Origin: a virus
Virus genome (UHGV): UHGV-0177523
Direction: 5' to 3' (one strand)
DNA length: 45,150 nucleotides
In this document: positions 34,726-44,806 of the stretch, in pieces
Layout: each line of letters begins with the position of its first letter
How positions within the stretch are numbered: position 1 is the first letter of the stretch
The notes under the pieces: generated by a model
Seen by the model: only the letters and a program-made list of their open reading frames with translations
The model's database searches: none
What the model was told of the DNA's origin: nothing
Translations under genes and position numbers: made by a program

Positions 34726-37700
34726 ATGCAACAGAATGGAAATTGGGTCCCCACAGACAGCCGGACCTTGCCACCAACCTTCTCGCAGGTGGCAGAATCA
34801 GAACGTAAGGCTGAGGCTGCACGTGCAGACGACCATATCCTGCGAACGGCTGTAGATAATGAGTGGGCGCTGTATGGTGGTCAGAGGGCGCTTGAGCGTC
34901 ACAACACCACCTTCACGCCACAAGAAGGGTACTCTGTACCTGACACGACCAAAGATGAGCTTTCCCGACTGTATGGCTACGAGATTGCACAGGACATCAC
35001 AAAGGACGTTAAGTCCCCAGAGCAACTGCAATTCAATATGGCAAACGCCAAGGCTGACAAGGACCGCAATGACATCCTGGCCCGCAACGGGTTCACCGGG
35101 TTCGCTGCACAGTTGTTTGCTGGTATTGCCGACCCGGCTGGTTGGGCTGCTTCTGTGGTGGCCGCACCTGTGGCTGGAGCCTGGAAGGTTGGCCGTATTG
35201 GTCGAATCCTCAAGACTGCGGCAATTGCTGGGGCAGAGAACGCTGCACTGGAAGCTGTGGTAAACCAAGGTGACTATCAGCGCGATGCGGATGATGTAAT
35301 GCTTGCCTTTGGGTTTGGTGCAATCATGGGTGGCACTATCGGTGCCGCTACTCGTGAGCGTATCCACGGTGGCAAGCTGGGTGACGATGCAGATGTGCCG
35401 ACAGCTGAACCCAATAACCCTCTTCGCACAGTGGTTGATGGGGCGGATGACTTCGATCGCAACGCATCCAAAGCCGTGCAAGAGGCAATGGAGTATGATG
35501 CCTACATGGCAATCCGTGACCGTGACCCGCTCAAATCTGGTGATGTGGATATCGACTACAGCATCGCCAAGCACACAGAGGCACTCACAGCTGACGCAAA
35601 CTATCGCTTCTCCTCCAAGGACAAGGGTAATTTGAAGAAGCAGATTCGCGAGCTTGAGGCAGAAGCAGCAAGTATGCGGAGTAAGAAGGTAGATGCCCAG
35701 GCAGAGGCTGCGGCCAAAGCTGGTGCGCCTAAGTCCAAGACCGAGGCCCTGGATTGGGAAGTCCAGAAGAAAGCCCTGGCACGCCGCTATGATGAGCCTC
35801 ACGCCGAGTTAGTGGCGCGTATAGAAGAGGCCAAGGCAACCCTGGCTAAGATGGATAACGTCACCAAAGCCAAGGATGAACTCAAGCGATTCTCTAACCT
35901 GTCACGGGAAGAGAAGCTCAAAGAGCTGGGCCTGGATATCAAGCCGGAACCTGTCCCGATGAAGCGTGCCGTGCAGGATGCCTTGGCCGCCATCAAAGCT
36001 GAGCGTGCAAGCAAGCAGACTCCGACCATGAAGTTTGATGAGGCACAGAAGGTGGCAGAGCAGGCGAGCAAGCAAGAGCCTGATAACCTGTCAGCTGCCC
36101 GAGTGGAAGGCTCTGAGATTCAGGGTGAACAATTCGACCTGTCAGACAGCATGGAAGACCTTATGGATACCTTGGCACGTGAAGCCTATGCATCCAAGGT
36201 TAAGCCAGTTAAGTGGGCAGGCAACATGGGTTCTGTGTCTTCGGTAATTATGAACTCAAAGAATCCTGTGTTCCGTGGGCTTGGCTTGCGACTCCTGGAG
36301 AATGCCCAAGGTGGTAGCTATCATGGCAAGACCGCAGCAATCCTTGCAGATGTGAATAACAACCTGATTCGGTCTGCTGAGAAGAACCGCTACAACGATG
36401 GTTTCTCTCAGTTCATCAAGGATAACAACCTGCGTGCCATTGATTACCTCAACCCTGCTGTTACTCGTGACTTCAATAACCAGGTATACACTGCGATTGT
36501 GTCCGGTATCACCGAGAATACCTCTCCAGGTGTCAAGCTTGCGGCAGAGGGTATTGCTGACAAGTTCAAGAAAGGTCTGGAGTTACGCAAGGCTGCTGGC
36601 GAGAAAGGCTTTGAAGACGTCAAGTCTGCTAAGGATTACGTCCCTGTTATCTTTGATGGCATCAAAATCACTGAGGCAGTCAACCGCCTGGGCAGCAAAG
36701 AGGCCGTCATCGACCTTCTATCCCTGGGTTATCAGACTGGTAAATATAAGATGGGCAAGAAGGCGGCTGATGCACTGGCTAAAGTCCAGTATGTTCGTGG
36801 CTCTGATTCCACCTTATCCAGCCGTGTGGCCTTTGACAGGGTTGTGTCTCAAGAGCAGCAGGCAGTGCTGATTGCTGACCTCAAGAAAGCCGGGGTACCT
36901 GACAGCATCATTGATAACTTCATAGAAGGCACAGAGCTGTCCGAAATGGCTGAGTCTGTATCCAACCGAGCCAAGGCAAGCATGGGTATCAACACCCAGG
37001 CAAGCTATGGCGGCATGCGTGTCCAGGACCTGCTAAACACCAACATCGGGGAGCTGGCGGACAACTACGCGAAAGAGGCCGCTGGCGGGGCCGCTCTGGC
37101 CCGAATGGGCTTTCCGACTACCCAGAGTGCACTGAACGCAATCGACGCCGCAGAACGCGCTGGGCGCAATATGGCGGGCATGGACGCTGAGGCAATCAAG
37201 CAGCTCCGGGCCGAGGCAGATATGCTCCGGGATTCCGTCCGGCTGATTAACGGGAATACCGTGGACGCCGACCCGAACTCCGGGATTGTCAAAGGTACTC
37301 GCCGGGTCCGTGAGATTACAGGCCTGCTCCGCTTGGGCCAGATGGGCTTCGCCCAGGTGCCCGAGATTGCACGATCTGTGGTCAAGATGGGCTTGGGTAC
37401 AGTCCTGCATTCCGTGCCCGCTACGCGCTTCCTGCGCAGCCGTGCGGCCCGTGAGGGCGGTGTGGCCCAGGGCAGACTGCTGGAACCGGAACTCCGGGAG
37501 ATGGAGGAACTCATTGGCTACATTGGTGAGGACAACTGGCTTACCGGGTGGAACGTAAGGCATGATGAGTTCGGTGAGTCTATGGACAACCTGGGGCGGC
37601 TGAGTAAGATTGCCGACAATGGATTAGCTATGGGTTCCCGTATCAACTTGTGGCTGTCAGGTTTCAAGGCAGTGCAGGGTGGATCTGAGAAGATTGTGGC

Positions 37701-38538
37701 ACGCTCCATCAACAAGCGACTCAAGGAACACCTGTCGGGTGGCCGTAAGCTACCACAGGCAGACCTTGATGAGGTTGGTCTTGATGAGGCAACCATGAAG
37801 AGATTGCAGCGTCACTTTGATGAAAACCCAGCACACGCAGACTACAATGGTCAGCAGGTGCGTATGATGAACTTCGACGCAATGGAACCCGATTTACGGG
37901 AAACCGTGGGTGTTGCGGTGCGTCGCATGGGTGGTCGTCTCATTCAGCGTAACTTCATTGGTGATGAGGGTATCTGGATGAATAAGTGGTGGGGCAAGGC
38001 ACTCACTCAGTTTAAATCATTCTCTATTGTGTCTATCGAGAAGCAGCTCATCCATGACCTGCGAGGTGATAAGATTCAGGCAGCTATGATTCTGAGCTGG
38101 TCCACCTTGTTAGGGTTTGCTGCCTACGCAACCCAGATGCAGATGCAAGCCTTGGGTCGCGAGGATAGCGATAAGTTCCTTCGTGACAAGTTCTCAACTC
38201 AGAGCATGGCAATGGGTGTGTTCAACAAGTTACCACAGGTTGCAGGCTTCGGCCTGGCTGGGGATGCCCTGGCTACCTTCGGACTCATGCCGGATTCGAT
38301 GATGCAGGCACCTGGTCGCTTGGGCTTCCAGAAGCAAGGGTTCGGTGAGCTGGTTGCAGGTGCCGGGGTCATTGGTGATGCTGTAGGTGCAATCAATATG
38401 ATGTCTCGTTATGCAACAGGGGATGACGATGTCTCCACGAGGCAGGTTGTGGACAAGGTAAGACGCCTAGTTCCACTAGCAAACACCATTGGTATTGGTC
38501 AGATGACCAAGGCCAGTGTAGACTTATTGGAGGATTGA
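34726..38538 (+). CDS. Large internal virion (ejection) protein
   Basis: About 1270 aa, at the gp16 position; start placed after GAGG. Confidence 0.88.
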   Translation: MQQNGNWVPTDSRTLPPTFSQVAESERKAEAARADDHILRTAVDNEWALYGGQRALERHNTTFTPQEGYSVPDTTKDELSRLYGYEIAQDITKDVKSPEQLQFNMANAKADKDRNDILARNGFTGFAAQLFAGIADPAGWAASVVAAPVAGAWKVGRIGRILKTAAIAGAENAALEAVVNQGDYQRDADDVMLAFGFGAIMGGTIGAATRERIHGGKLGDDADVPTAEPNNPLRTVVDGADDFDRNASKAVQEAMEYDAYMAIRDRDPLKSGDVDIDYSIAKHTEALTADANYRFSSKDKGNLKKQIRELEAEAASMRSKKVDAQAEAAAKAGAPKSKTEALDWEVQKKALARRYDEPHAELVARIEEAKATLAKMDNVTKAKDELKRFSNLSREEKLKELGLDIKPEPVPMKRAVQDALAAIKAERASKQTPTMKFDEAQKVAEQASKQEPDNLSAARVEGSEIQGEQFDLSDSMEDLMDTLAREAYASKVKPVKWAGNMGSVSSVIMNSKNPVFRGLGLRLLENAQGGSYHGKTAAILADVNNNLIRSAEKNRYNDGFSQFIKDNNLRAIDYLNPAVTRDFNNQVYTAIVSGITENTSPGVKLAAEGIADKFKKGLELRKAAGEKGFEDVKSAKDYVPVIFDGIKITEAVNRLGSKEAVIDLLSLGYQTGKYKMGKKAADALAKVQYVRGSDSTLSSRVAFDRVVSQEQQAVLIADLKKAGVPDSIIDNFIEGTELSEMAESVSNRAKASMGINTQASYGGMRVQDLLNTNIGELADNYAKEAAGGAALARMGFPTTQSALNAIDAAERAGRNMAGMDAEAIKQLRAEADMLRDSVRLINGNTVDADPNSGIVKGTRRVREITGLLRLGQMGFAQVPEIARSVVKMGLGTVLHSVPATRFLRSRAAREGGVAQGRLLEPELREMEELIGYIGEDNWLTGWNVRHDEFGESMDNLGRLSKIADNGLAMGSRINLWLSGFKAVQGGSEKIVARSINKRLKEHLSGGRKLPQADLDEVGLDEATMKRLQRHFDENPAHADYNGQQVRMMNFDAMEPDLRETVGVAVRRMGGRLIQRNFIGDEGIWMNKWWGKALTQFKSFSIVSIEKQLIHDLRGDKIQAAMILSWSTLLGFAAYATQMQMQALGREDSDKFLRDKFSTQSMAMGVFNKLPQVAGFGLAGDALATFGLMPDSMMQAPGRLGFQKQGFGELVAGAGVIGDAVGAINMMSRYATGDDDVSTRQVVDKVRRLVPLANTIGIGQMTKASVDLLED

Positions 38539-39524
38539 TGAGCTATAGCTACGTCGAGCGAACAGGGGATGGTGTAGCCACAACATTCAACTTCGCGTTT
38601 ACTGGTAAAGGCAAGGGTTATCTCCTTGCCAACCAGGTTAATGTGTACACATGGAACGGCACCGCGTGGGTGTCGGCCTCCGGGTGGAGCTTGTCTGGGA
38701 CTAACCAGATTACCTTCTTAACCCCTCCGGCAAATGGTACGCGCATCCTTATTCGCCGTATCGCTGCCAAGGACTACCCCTTCGCTCAGTTTGAGCCTGG
38801 TGTAATGCTTGACATGGCCTCCCTGAATAACACCTTCATCCACCTACTGGAGATTACCCAGGAACTCCTAGATGGATTCTACCCTGATGGCTTCTACTTT
38901 AAGCAGAATCTAAATATGGGTGGTTGGCGAATCACCAACATGGGTGATGGTGTTGACACCAAAGATGCTGTGAATAAGGGACAGCTGGATGCCGTCCAAA
39001 GTTTTGCCGAGAGCGTTGACCAGAAGCACACCATTTGGAATGACAGGCAAGACCAGCAGATTATTGGACTTCTCGAAGCCTTTGATTCCAATATAAGCCA
39101 CAGGACGGCACCTTGGACCTATGCGGCGGCAGGTGGTGAGACAATGGTATTTCCTCCATTCTACTTTTCATCGGCCTTAGTGTGGAGGGATGGTACATAC
39201 CAAGACCAGTTTGCTGGTGCATTTGAGATTGACAACAATGTGATCACACTGGCAGATCCACCATTGCGTGCAGGTGAGCGTGTGTCTGTGTTGGTGGGTT
39301 CTTATATCACGCCAGCAGACCCAGGCTCCTGGGAGTGGATCCATGTGGCAGCCAATGGCACCACAACATCGGTTGACCTTGGTGTCTCCGTGTCAGCTAT
39401 TGATGATGTGACACTGGATGGCCTGTCCCAAGGTCGTAGCAATTACACCCTCACAGGGACTGTACTCGACTTTGGGGAAGTAATCCCAGAGTGCACTGTG
39501 GGTGCCAGGGTACGGCTGGCATAA
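38538..39524 (+). CDS. Tail adaptor / T7 gp17-N-domain protein (SP6/K1-5 gp37-like)
   Basis: GDG..TTF.F.F...GYL and LDMASLNNTFIHLL..TQE; short, with no receptor-binding domain. Confidence 0.88.
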   Translation: MSYSYVERTGDGVATTFNFAFTGKGKGYLLANQVNVYTWNGTAWVSASGWSLSGTNQITFLTPPANGTRILIRRIAAKDYPFAQFEPGVMLDMASLNNTFIHLLEITQELLDGFYPDGFYFKQNLNMGGWRITNMGDGVDTKDAVNKGQLDAVQSFAESVDQKHTIWNDRQDQQIIGLLEAFDSNISHRTAPWTYAAAGGETMVFPPFYFSSALVWRDGTYQDQFAGAFEIDNNVITLADPPLRAGERVSVLVGSYITPADPGSWEWIHVAANGTTTSVDLGVSVSAIDDVTLDGLSQGRSNYTLTGTVLDFGEVIPECTVGARVRLA

Positions 39525-39532
39525 GGAGGAAC

Positions 39533-39721
39533 ATGTTAAACTCAGACGGGACCACAGAGCTTCTTAAGTGGGTGCCTAGTGCGCTAGTGACAAGCACGAC
39601 CTTCTTAGGCATTAGTTGGGAGAGCTGGGTGTATATCCTCACCGCCATATATACCGCTATGCAAATGGCGGATTGGGTGTGGGTTCGCATTAAGAAGAAA
39701 AGGAGGAAAGATGAGCAATAA
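39533..39721 (+). CDS. Holin (class II, T7 gp17.5-like)
   Basis: Hydrophobic FLGISWESWVYILTAIY with a basic C-terminus; RBS AGGAGG. Confidence 0.8.
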   Translation: MLNSDGTTELLKWVPSALVTSTTFLGISWESWVYILTAIYTAMQMADWVWVRIKKKRRKDEQ

Positions 39722-40010
39722 GCACGCAGCCAGTGAAGACCAGGTAGGTATCCTGCATGCTGCCGTTACCAACATCTTTAACAAGAAGGCAGCAGCAATC
39801 CTGAATGAAATTGAACAGGACCCTGATGCAGCGCTTGTTATTGGTGACTCCAAGGACCTTGCGGCTATGGCTAAGTGGGTCCTGGATAACGGCGTCAAGG
39901 CAAACCCTGCGGAGAATGTGGAAACCTCTGCACTCTCCAAGCGCCTCAAGAAGATTCGTGAGGCATCCAGTGGTAAGGTTATCAGCTTCACAGATGCTAA
40001 GGAGGCTTAA
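39711..40010 (+). CDS. Terminase small subunit
   Basis: ASEDQVG.LH...KWVLDNGV; directly before terL. Confidence 0.85.
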   Translation: MSNKHAASEDQVGILHAAVTNIFNKKAAAILNEIEQDPDAALVIGDSKDLAAMAKWVLDNGVKANPAENVETSALSKRLKKIREASSGKVISFTDAKEA

Positions 40011-41908
40011 TGGCTAGGAACAGGGAATCACAAGCTGATGCCCTGGCCCGCTGGGAGGCCCTGCGCGAACTACAGGAAACATTCCCGTACACCGTGCATG
40101 GCCTTCTCTCCTTTGCCCAGGTGGTTATCAACACGCTAATCACTGGCAACCCTGACCTTAACCGGGTACAGGCAGACATCCTCAAGTTCTTGTTCTCTGG
40201 CAAGAAGTACCGGATGGTCGAGGCACAGCGTGGACAGGCTAAGACAACCATTGCAGCTATCTATGCTGTATTCCGAATCATCCATGAGCCGCACAAGCGA
40301 ATCATGATCGTATCCCAAACAGCCAAGCGTGCGGAAGAGATTGCTGGTTGGGTTATCAAAATCTTCCGTGGCTTGGACTTCCTTGAGTTTATGCTACCTG
40401 ACATCTATGCAGGTGACAAAGCGTCCATCAAGGGGTTCGAGGTTCACTACACCTTGCGTGGCTCTGACAAGTCACCATCCGTTGCCTGCTACTCTATCGA
40501 GGCTGGCATGCAGGGTGCTCGTGCAGATATCATCCTTGCGGATGACGTAGAGTCATTGCAGAACTCGCGTACCGCTGCTGGCCGTGCATTGCTGGAGGAT
40601 TTGACCAAGGAGTTCGAATCCATCAACCAGTATGGTGATATCATCTATCTAGGTACACCTCAGAGTGTAAACTCCATCTATAACAACCTTCCAGCTCGTG
40701 GGTATCAGATTCGCATCTGGCCTGGCCGCTATCCAACCTTGGAGCAAGAGGCCTGCTATGGCGACTTCCTGGCACCTATGATCATCCAGGATATGATGGA
40801 AGACCCTGGATTACGGCAAGGCTACGGCATGGATGGCATGCAAGGTGCACCGACTTGCCCAGAGATGTATGATGATGAGAAGTTGATTGAGAAGGAAATC
40901 TCTCAAGGTACGGCTAAGTTCCAGTTGCAGTTTATGCTCAACACCCGCCTGATGGATGCCGACAGATACCCTCTGCGACTCAACAACCTTATCTTCATGT
41001 CTTTCGGTACAGACGTCGTGCCAGAGATGCCGACCTGGTCTAACGATAGCATCAACATGATCTCCGATGCGCCACGGTTTGGCAATAAGCCCACCGACTA
41101 CCTGTATCGACCTGTTGCGCGAACCTATGAGTGGAAGCCTATCACTCGGCGGATTGCCTACATTGACCCGGCAGGTGGTGGTAAGAACGGGGATGAGACT
41201 GGTGTAGCTATTGTATTCCTGCTGGGAACCTTCGTCTACGTGTATAAGGTGTTCGGCGTGCCAGGTGGCTACCAGGCTCAGCACCTCCAACGCATTGTTG
41301 ATGAGTGCAAACTTGCTGGTGTTAAAGAGGTCTTCATTGAGAAGAACTTCGGTCATGGTGCATTCGAGGCAGTAATCAAGCCTTACTTCGAGCGTGAGTG
41401 GCCTGTATCCCTGGAAGAGGATTACGCCACCGGGCAGAAGGAGACTCGCATCATCGAAACCCTGGAGCCTCTCTTCACCTCGCACAGGGTCATCTTTAAC
41501 GCTGACATGATTCGCCAGGACATCCAGAGCATCCAGCATTACCCGCTTGAAATCCGTATGTCTTACAGCCTGTTCTCTCAAATTTCGAACATCACCCTGG
41601 AGAAAGGATGCCTCCGGCACGATGACCGACTGGACGCCCTGTACGGGGCCATACGCCAGCTCACCTCGCAGATAGACTATGACGAGGCAACCCGGATTAA
41701 TCGCGTCAGGGCCAAGGAGATGAGGGATTATCTGGACATGATGAACGACCCACGGAAGCGCCGGGAGTATTTCACAGGGCAGGACCACGGTTCGATGAGG
41801 TCTGGTCATAATGTAAGCGGATTCCAGATGGCGCGGACGAACGGCACAGGCCGCAACTATTCACCTCGCAGGAACACAATTTCTGCACGTATTTCAAAGA
41901 CTTGGTAA
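40010..41908 (+). CDS. Terminase large subunit
   Basis: AQRGQAKT, GARADIILADDVE, IDPAGGG..GDE and HDDRLDAL. Confidence 0.96.
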   Translation: MARNRESQADALARWEALRELQETFPYTVHGLLSFAQVVINTLITGNPDLNRVQADILKFLFSGKKYRMVEAQRGQAKTTIAAIYAVFRIIHEPHKRIMIVSQTAKRAEEIAGWVIKIFRGLDFLEFMLPDIYAGDKASIKGFEVHYTLRGSDKSPSVACYSIEAGMQGARADIILADDVESLQNSRTAAGRALLEDLTKEFESINQYGDIIYLGTPQSVNSIYNNLPARGYQIRIWPGRYPTLEQEACYGDFLAPMIIQDMMEDPGLRQGYGMDGMQGAPTCPEMYDDEKLIEKEISQGTAKFQLQFMLNTRLMDADRYPLRLNNLIFMSFGTDVVPEMPTWSNDSINMISDAPRFGNKPTDYLYRPVARTYEWKPITRRIAYIDPAGGGKNGDETGVAIVFLLGTFVYVYKVFGVPGGYQAQHLQRIVDECKLAGVKEVFIEKNFGHGAFEAVIKPYFEREWPVSLEEDYATGQKETRIIETLEPLFTSHRVIFNADMIRQDIQSIQHYPLEIRMSYSLFSQISNITLEKGCLRHDDRLDALYGAIRQLTSQIDYDEATRINRVRAKEMRDYLDMMNDPRKRREYFTGQDHGSMRSGHNVSGFQMARTNGTGRNYSPRRNTISARISKTW

Positions 41909-41925
41909 TAGTGGCGAGTATAGAA
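41906..41925 (+). promoter_or_regulatory. Phage RNAP promoter (phiOR-like)
   Basis: Consensus TAATAGTGGCGAGTATAGAA. Confidence 0.9.
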
Positions 41926-41956
41926 GCAATAGAAAAGGAATACTAAGGTATTTAAG

Positions 41957-41990
41957 GGTATTCCCAGGTACGCCTTAGGTAACCAGGTAT
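41957..41990 (+). repeat. 34-bp AGGTA-iteron element duplicated from the origin region (8402-8435)
   Basis: 32/34 identity; followed by the hairpin GGGTACTCT-AC-AGAGTACCC (42000-42019). Confidence 0.8.
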
Positions 41991-42058
41991 GCCCTAGTTG
42001 GGTACTCTACAGAGTACCCTCTTATCTCTTTCCTTTATTACTCTTTATAGGAGAACAA

Positions 42059-42325
42059 ATGGCTAACAATTATGGCTCTATGGGTGTGACTGGTAAATCC
42101 ACCCGTAAGCAGGTACCGCATGTAAGCACAGCTATCCAGCACGGTGTTGTGCCTGCCGCACAGCTCACTGCTAAATCCAGTGTGGTGAATGATATCACCA
42201 AGTCCGGTAAGCAGGATGGTGCATGCATCATGAACACCTCTGGTGTCATTCATATCGCCCGTGGGAGTGCTGACACTTCCGTGTGGAACACTATGGCTAT
42301 CGGCTCTCAGGTAGTCCCGGCTTAA
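42059..42325 (+). CDS. Putative capsid decoration protein, paralog 1
   Basis: Motif TG...VN...SGKQDGA...ARG...W. Confidence 0.6.
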   Translation: MANNYGSMGVTGKSTRKQVPHVSTAIQHGVVPAAQLTAKSSVVNDITKSGKQDGACIMNTSGVIHIARGSADTSVWNTMAIGSQVVPA

Positions 42326-42338
42326 TCAAGGAGGTTAC

Positions 42339-42605
42339 ATGGCATTACCTATCACTGGTCAACTGACCCCGGTAGCTAAGCAGACCTACGCCACTCACCT
42401 GATCGCACCTATCGTGCCGCAGGCATACCTGGCAGATTCTGCTCACCCGATCAACAACACGGCACTCTCTGGTAAGCAGAAAGGTGCCCTGGTTCTCTGC
42501 CAGCTTACGGCTACAGGGAAGTTAGTGTATGCGTTTGCTCGTGGCTCTGCACCCACCGACCTGTGGGATATCGCAACCTCTGGCACTGACGTAACCCCAG
42601 CATAA
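42339..42605 (+). CDS. Putative capsid decoration protein, paralog 2
   Basis: TGQ...AP.V...PINN.ALSGKQKGA...ARG...W. Confidence 0.6.
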   Translation: MALPITGQLTPVAKQTYATHLIAPIVPQAYLADSAHPINNTALSGKQKGALVLCQLTATGKLVYAFARGSAPTDLWDIATSGTDVTPA

Positions 42606-42615
42606 GGAGAAACAA

Positions 42616-43152
42616 ATGGCTTTATCTGCAACTGGTCAGCGTCAGCCTAAGTCGGTAACCTACCGCGTAGCTGCATGCTCCACCGCACCTGTGGCAACCA
42701 CTGCTGCATTCGCCGACAAGGCAAACATCATCAACCAGCGCGAAGAGTCCGGCAAGCAACTTGGTGCCGTGGCAATCCGTGAAGGCGCTGGCGGTGCACT
42801 CAATGGCATGGTTGCCTTGGGCGATACGGATGTATCCCCGTGGGTACCGATGACGGCTGGCACTCCGATTACTCCGGCAACTGTGGCTGCTCTGGCATTC
42901 ACAACCAACCTGTCTGCAACCGCTTCCGTGGCTACTGGTGCTGCAATCAGCCTCCCAGTGGTGGTGGCAGGCGGCCACGCCCCTTATACCTACACATGGT
43001 ACAAGAATGGTGTGGTTATCGCGGGTGCTACCTCTGCAACCTATGCCAAGGCTTCTGCCGTGGCTGGTGATGCTGGTACTTACCAGTGTGTTGTGACTGA
43101 CCTGGATGGCGAGAAGATCACCTCCGTATCCTGCGTGCTGTCCATCACCTAA
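42616..43152 (+). CDS. Putative decoration protein, paralog 3, with C-terminal Ig-like domain
   Basis: SGKQLGA domain plus the Ig motif YTYTWYKNG...DAGTYQCVV. Confidence 0.72.
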   Translation: MALSATGQRQPKSVTYRVAACSTAPVATTAAFADKANIINQREESGKQLGAVAIREGAGGALNGMVALGDTDVSPWVPMTAGTPITPATVAALAFTTNLSATASVATGAAISLPVVVAGGHAPYTYTWYKNGVVIAGATSATYAKASAVAGDAGTYQCVVTDLDGEKITSVSCVLSIT

Positions 43153-43164
43153 TAAGGAGGCTAC

Positions 43165-43881
43165 ATGTCTTTACCTGTAACTGGTCAGCGTGTAGCCAAG
43201 GCTGTCGATGTTGAGTCACTTCCACTGGTGGCTCCAGTCGTCCCTGTCTCCAGCCTGGTTGACACAAGCTCTCCAATTAACAACAGCGCCCTCTCTGGTA
43301 AACAGAAGGGTGCCTGTGTCCTGGTGGAGATGGGTGACGGCTCTATTACTATGGCTACTGCCCGTGGTGAGTTACCAGGTGATTCCTGGGATGTCTCCGT
43401 ATCCACCCAGCCTGTACCTTTCACAACAGGCATTGATGTCTTCAACTGGACAGGTAGCCAGTCGGTTGCCGCTGGAACATCCTTCGACCTATTCTCCCTT
43501 GCAGGTATGAACAAGGTGGTTAATGATGGCATTGCCATTAAGACAGGTAGCATTATCAAGCTGCAACCCCTTGATGGCACTTCCTTAGTCCAGTTCACTG
43601 TGCGCCTCACAGGGACAACGAGCGGTCAGACGTACACAGAGTGGAAGGTGCAGGTTCTTCGTATAGATGGTGTAACTGTTGTAGCGTCAACTAATGGCGT
43701 GAGGGGTAATGGTTCCACAACTGCCATCAATGCTCGTGAGCAGTTCCTCAGTAGCTATACTTCTGAGAAGACCGACCCATTCTCCGTGGATGGACTCAGG
43801 TTGTTCCTTACCATAGATAGTGGCTTCAACTCACTAACGTTGACCTCTGTCTCCATTCGTATTTCCCGCATGCCATTATAG
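43165..43881 (+). CDS. Putative decoration protein, paralog 4, with a beta-rich C-terminal domain
   Basis: PINNSALSGKQKGA...ARG...W plus about 150 extra residues. Confidence 0.6.
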   Translation: MSLPVTGQRVAKAVDVESLPLVAPVVPVSSLVDTSSPINNSALSGKQKGACVLVEMGDGSITMATARGELPGDSWDVSVSTQPVPFTTGIDVFNWTGSQSVAAGTSFDLFSLAGMNKVVNDGIAIKTGSIIKLQPLDGTSLVQFTVRLTGTTSGQTYTEWKVQVLRIDGVTVVASTNGVRGNGSTTAINAREQFLSSYTSEKTDPFSVDGLRLFLTIDSGFNSLTLTSVSIRISRMPL

Positions 43882-43889
43882 GAGGTGAC

Positions 43890-44237
43890 GTGCTTAACCA
43901 ATATTTCAAGCGTAGTGAATTCGCTTGCCGTTGTGGGTGCGGTACATCCACAGTGGATGCCGAGCTTCTCCAAGTCATCACTGATGTACGCGAGAAGTTT
44001 GGTCCTGTTATTATCAATTCTGGTCATCGCTGCGTTAAGCACAATGCGGCGGTAGGTGGTGCCAAGAATTCTATGCACACCACTGGAAAGGCAGCTGACA
44101 TTCGTATCCCAGGCGTGAGTCCCGCGCGAGTCTGGTCTTACCTTACGGAGAAGTACGAAGGTAAGTACGGGATTGGTCAGTACGACTCCTTCACGCATAT
44201 TGACGTGAGAGACACGGCGGCACGCTGGCATGGATGA
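43890..44237 (+). CDS. Endolysin, peptidase M15A family
   Basis: F...EFAC.CGCG, SG.RC..HN..VGGA.NS.H..G.AAD and F.HID.R. Confidence 0.92.
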   Translation: MLNQYFKRSEFACRCGCGTSTVDAELLQVITDVREKFGPVIINSGHRCVKHNAAVGGAKNSMHTTGKAADIRIPGVSPARVWSYLTEKYEGKYGIGQYDSFTHIDVRDTAARWHG

Positions 44238-44352
44238 TCATTGCGTAAAGTGGTGTCTGCGTAGGCTGGATATGGCAATCGCAGACTTTGACATTAATGG
44301 CATCAAGGATTACACCGAGATGCTTAAGCTCTGGCTAAGGAGACTCAAATGA
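44230..44352 (+). CDS. 40-aa hypothetical protein (MDDHCVKWCLRRL...)
   Basis: Overlaps both neighbours and fills the gap in the lysis cluster. Confidence 0.55.
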   Translation: MDDHCVKWCLRRLDMAIADFDINGIKDYTEMLKLWLRRLK

Positions 44353-44495
44353 AGTTCCTCAAGAACAAGAAAGTAGTAGCGGCCCTGGTGGCCCTGGCGC
44401 TGGCCCTGATTGGTGTCGGCCTGGGAGTTGACCTCGGCGACGGCGCTGGCAATGCGGCAACCGATGCCATCTGCCAGGCGATCACCTGTGAATAA
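44349..44495 (+). CDS. 48-aa single-TM membrane protein (MKFLKNKKVVAALVALALALIGVGLG...)
   Basis: RBS AAGGAG; basic N-terminus plus hydrophobic helix; C-terminal Cys pair. Confidence 0.7.
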   Translation: MKFLKNKKVVAALVALALALIGVGLGVDLGDGAGNAATDAICQAITCE

Positions 44496-44685
44496 CCTGC
44501 TGGCTATCCTGGCAGCCCTCATGGGGCTGCTGGTAAAGCGCCAGGCTAAGAAGGAGCAAGACAGTGCGCAAGCTGAGGCAGACCGCATTAATGACAGCCC
44601 TACTGATTGGTATCGCGAGCACTTCCGGGTGCGCCCAGAAAGGGCAGACGGTAACAAAGGCGAAGCCAGTAAAACCGACCCTTGA
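44488..44685 (+). CDS. Putative i-spanin
   Basis: GTG start, N-terminal TM segment NNLLAILAALMGLLV, then a charged helix. Confidence 0.6.
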   Translation: MNNLLAILAALMGLLVKRQAKKEQDSAQAEADRINDSPTDWYREHFRVRPERADGNKGEASKTDP

Positions 44686-44779
44686 GGTCGTGGTTGAGCG
44701 TGACAGCATGGTATGCTTTGGCAAGCCAGATGCAGTGAAGCTTGGGCTTTATATCCTGGAGCTGGAGCGCAATTACTAA
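44564..44779 (+). CDS. Putative o-spanin lipoprotein (overlapping the i-spanin)
   Basis: Signal peptide with lipobox TSGC; RBS AAGGAG. Confidence 0.7.
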   Translation: MRKLRQTALMTALLIGIASTSGCAQKGQTVTKAKPVKPTLEVVVERDSMVCFGKPDAVKLGLYILELERNY

Positions 44780-44806
44780 ACAAACCCTTCTATCTCAAGA
44801 GCTTAC

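Noticed and set aside
183..44783. Numerous minus-strand ORFs, some long (e.g. 26781-27899, 34798-35802, 40811-41809)
   Set aside because: They are antisense shadows of well-supported + strand genes with no recognisable motifs; phages of this group encode everything on one strand.
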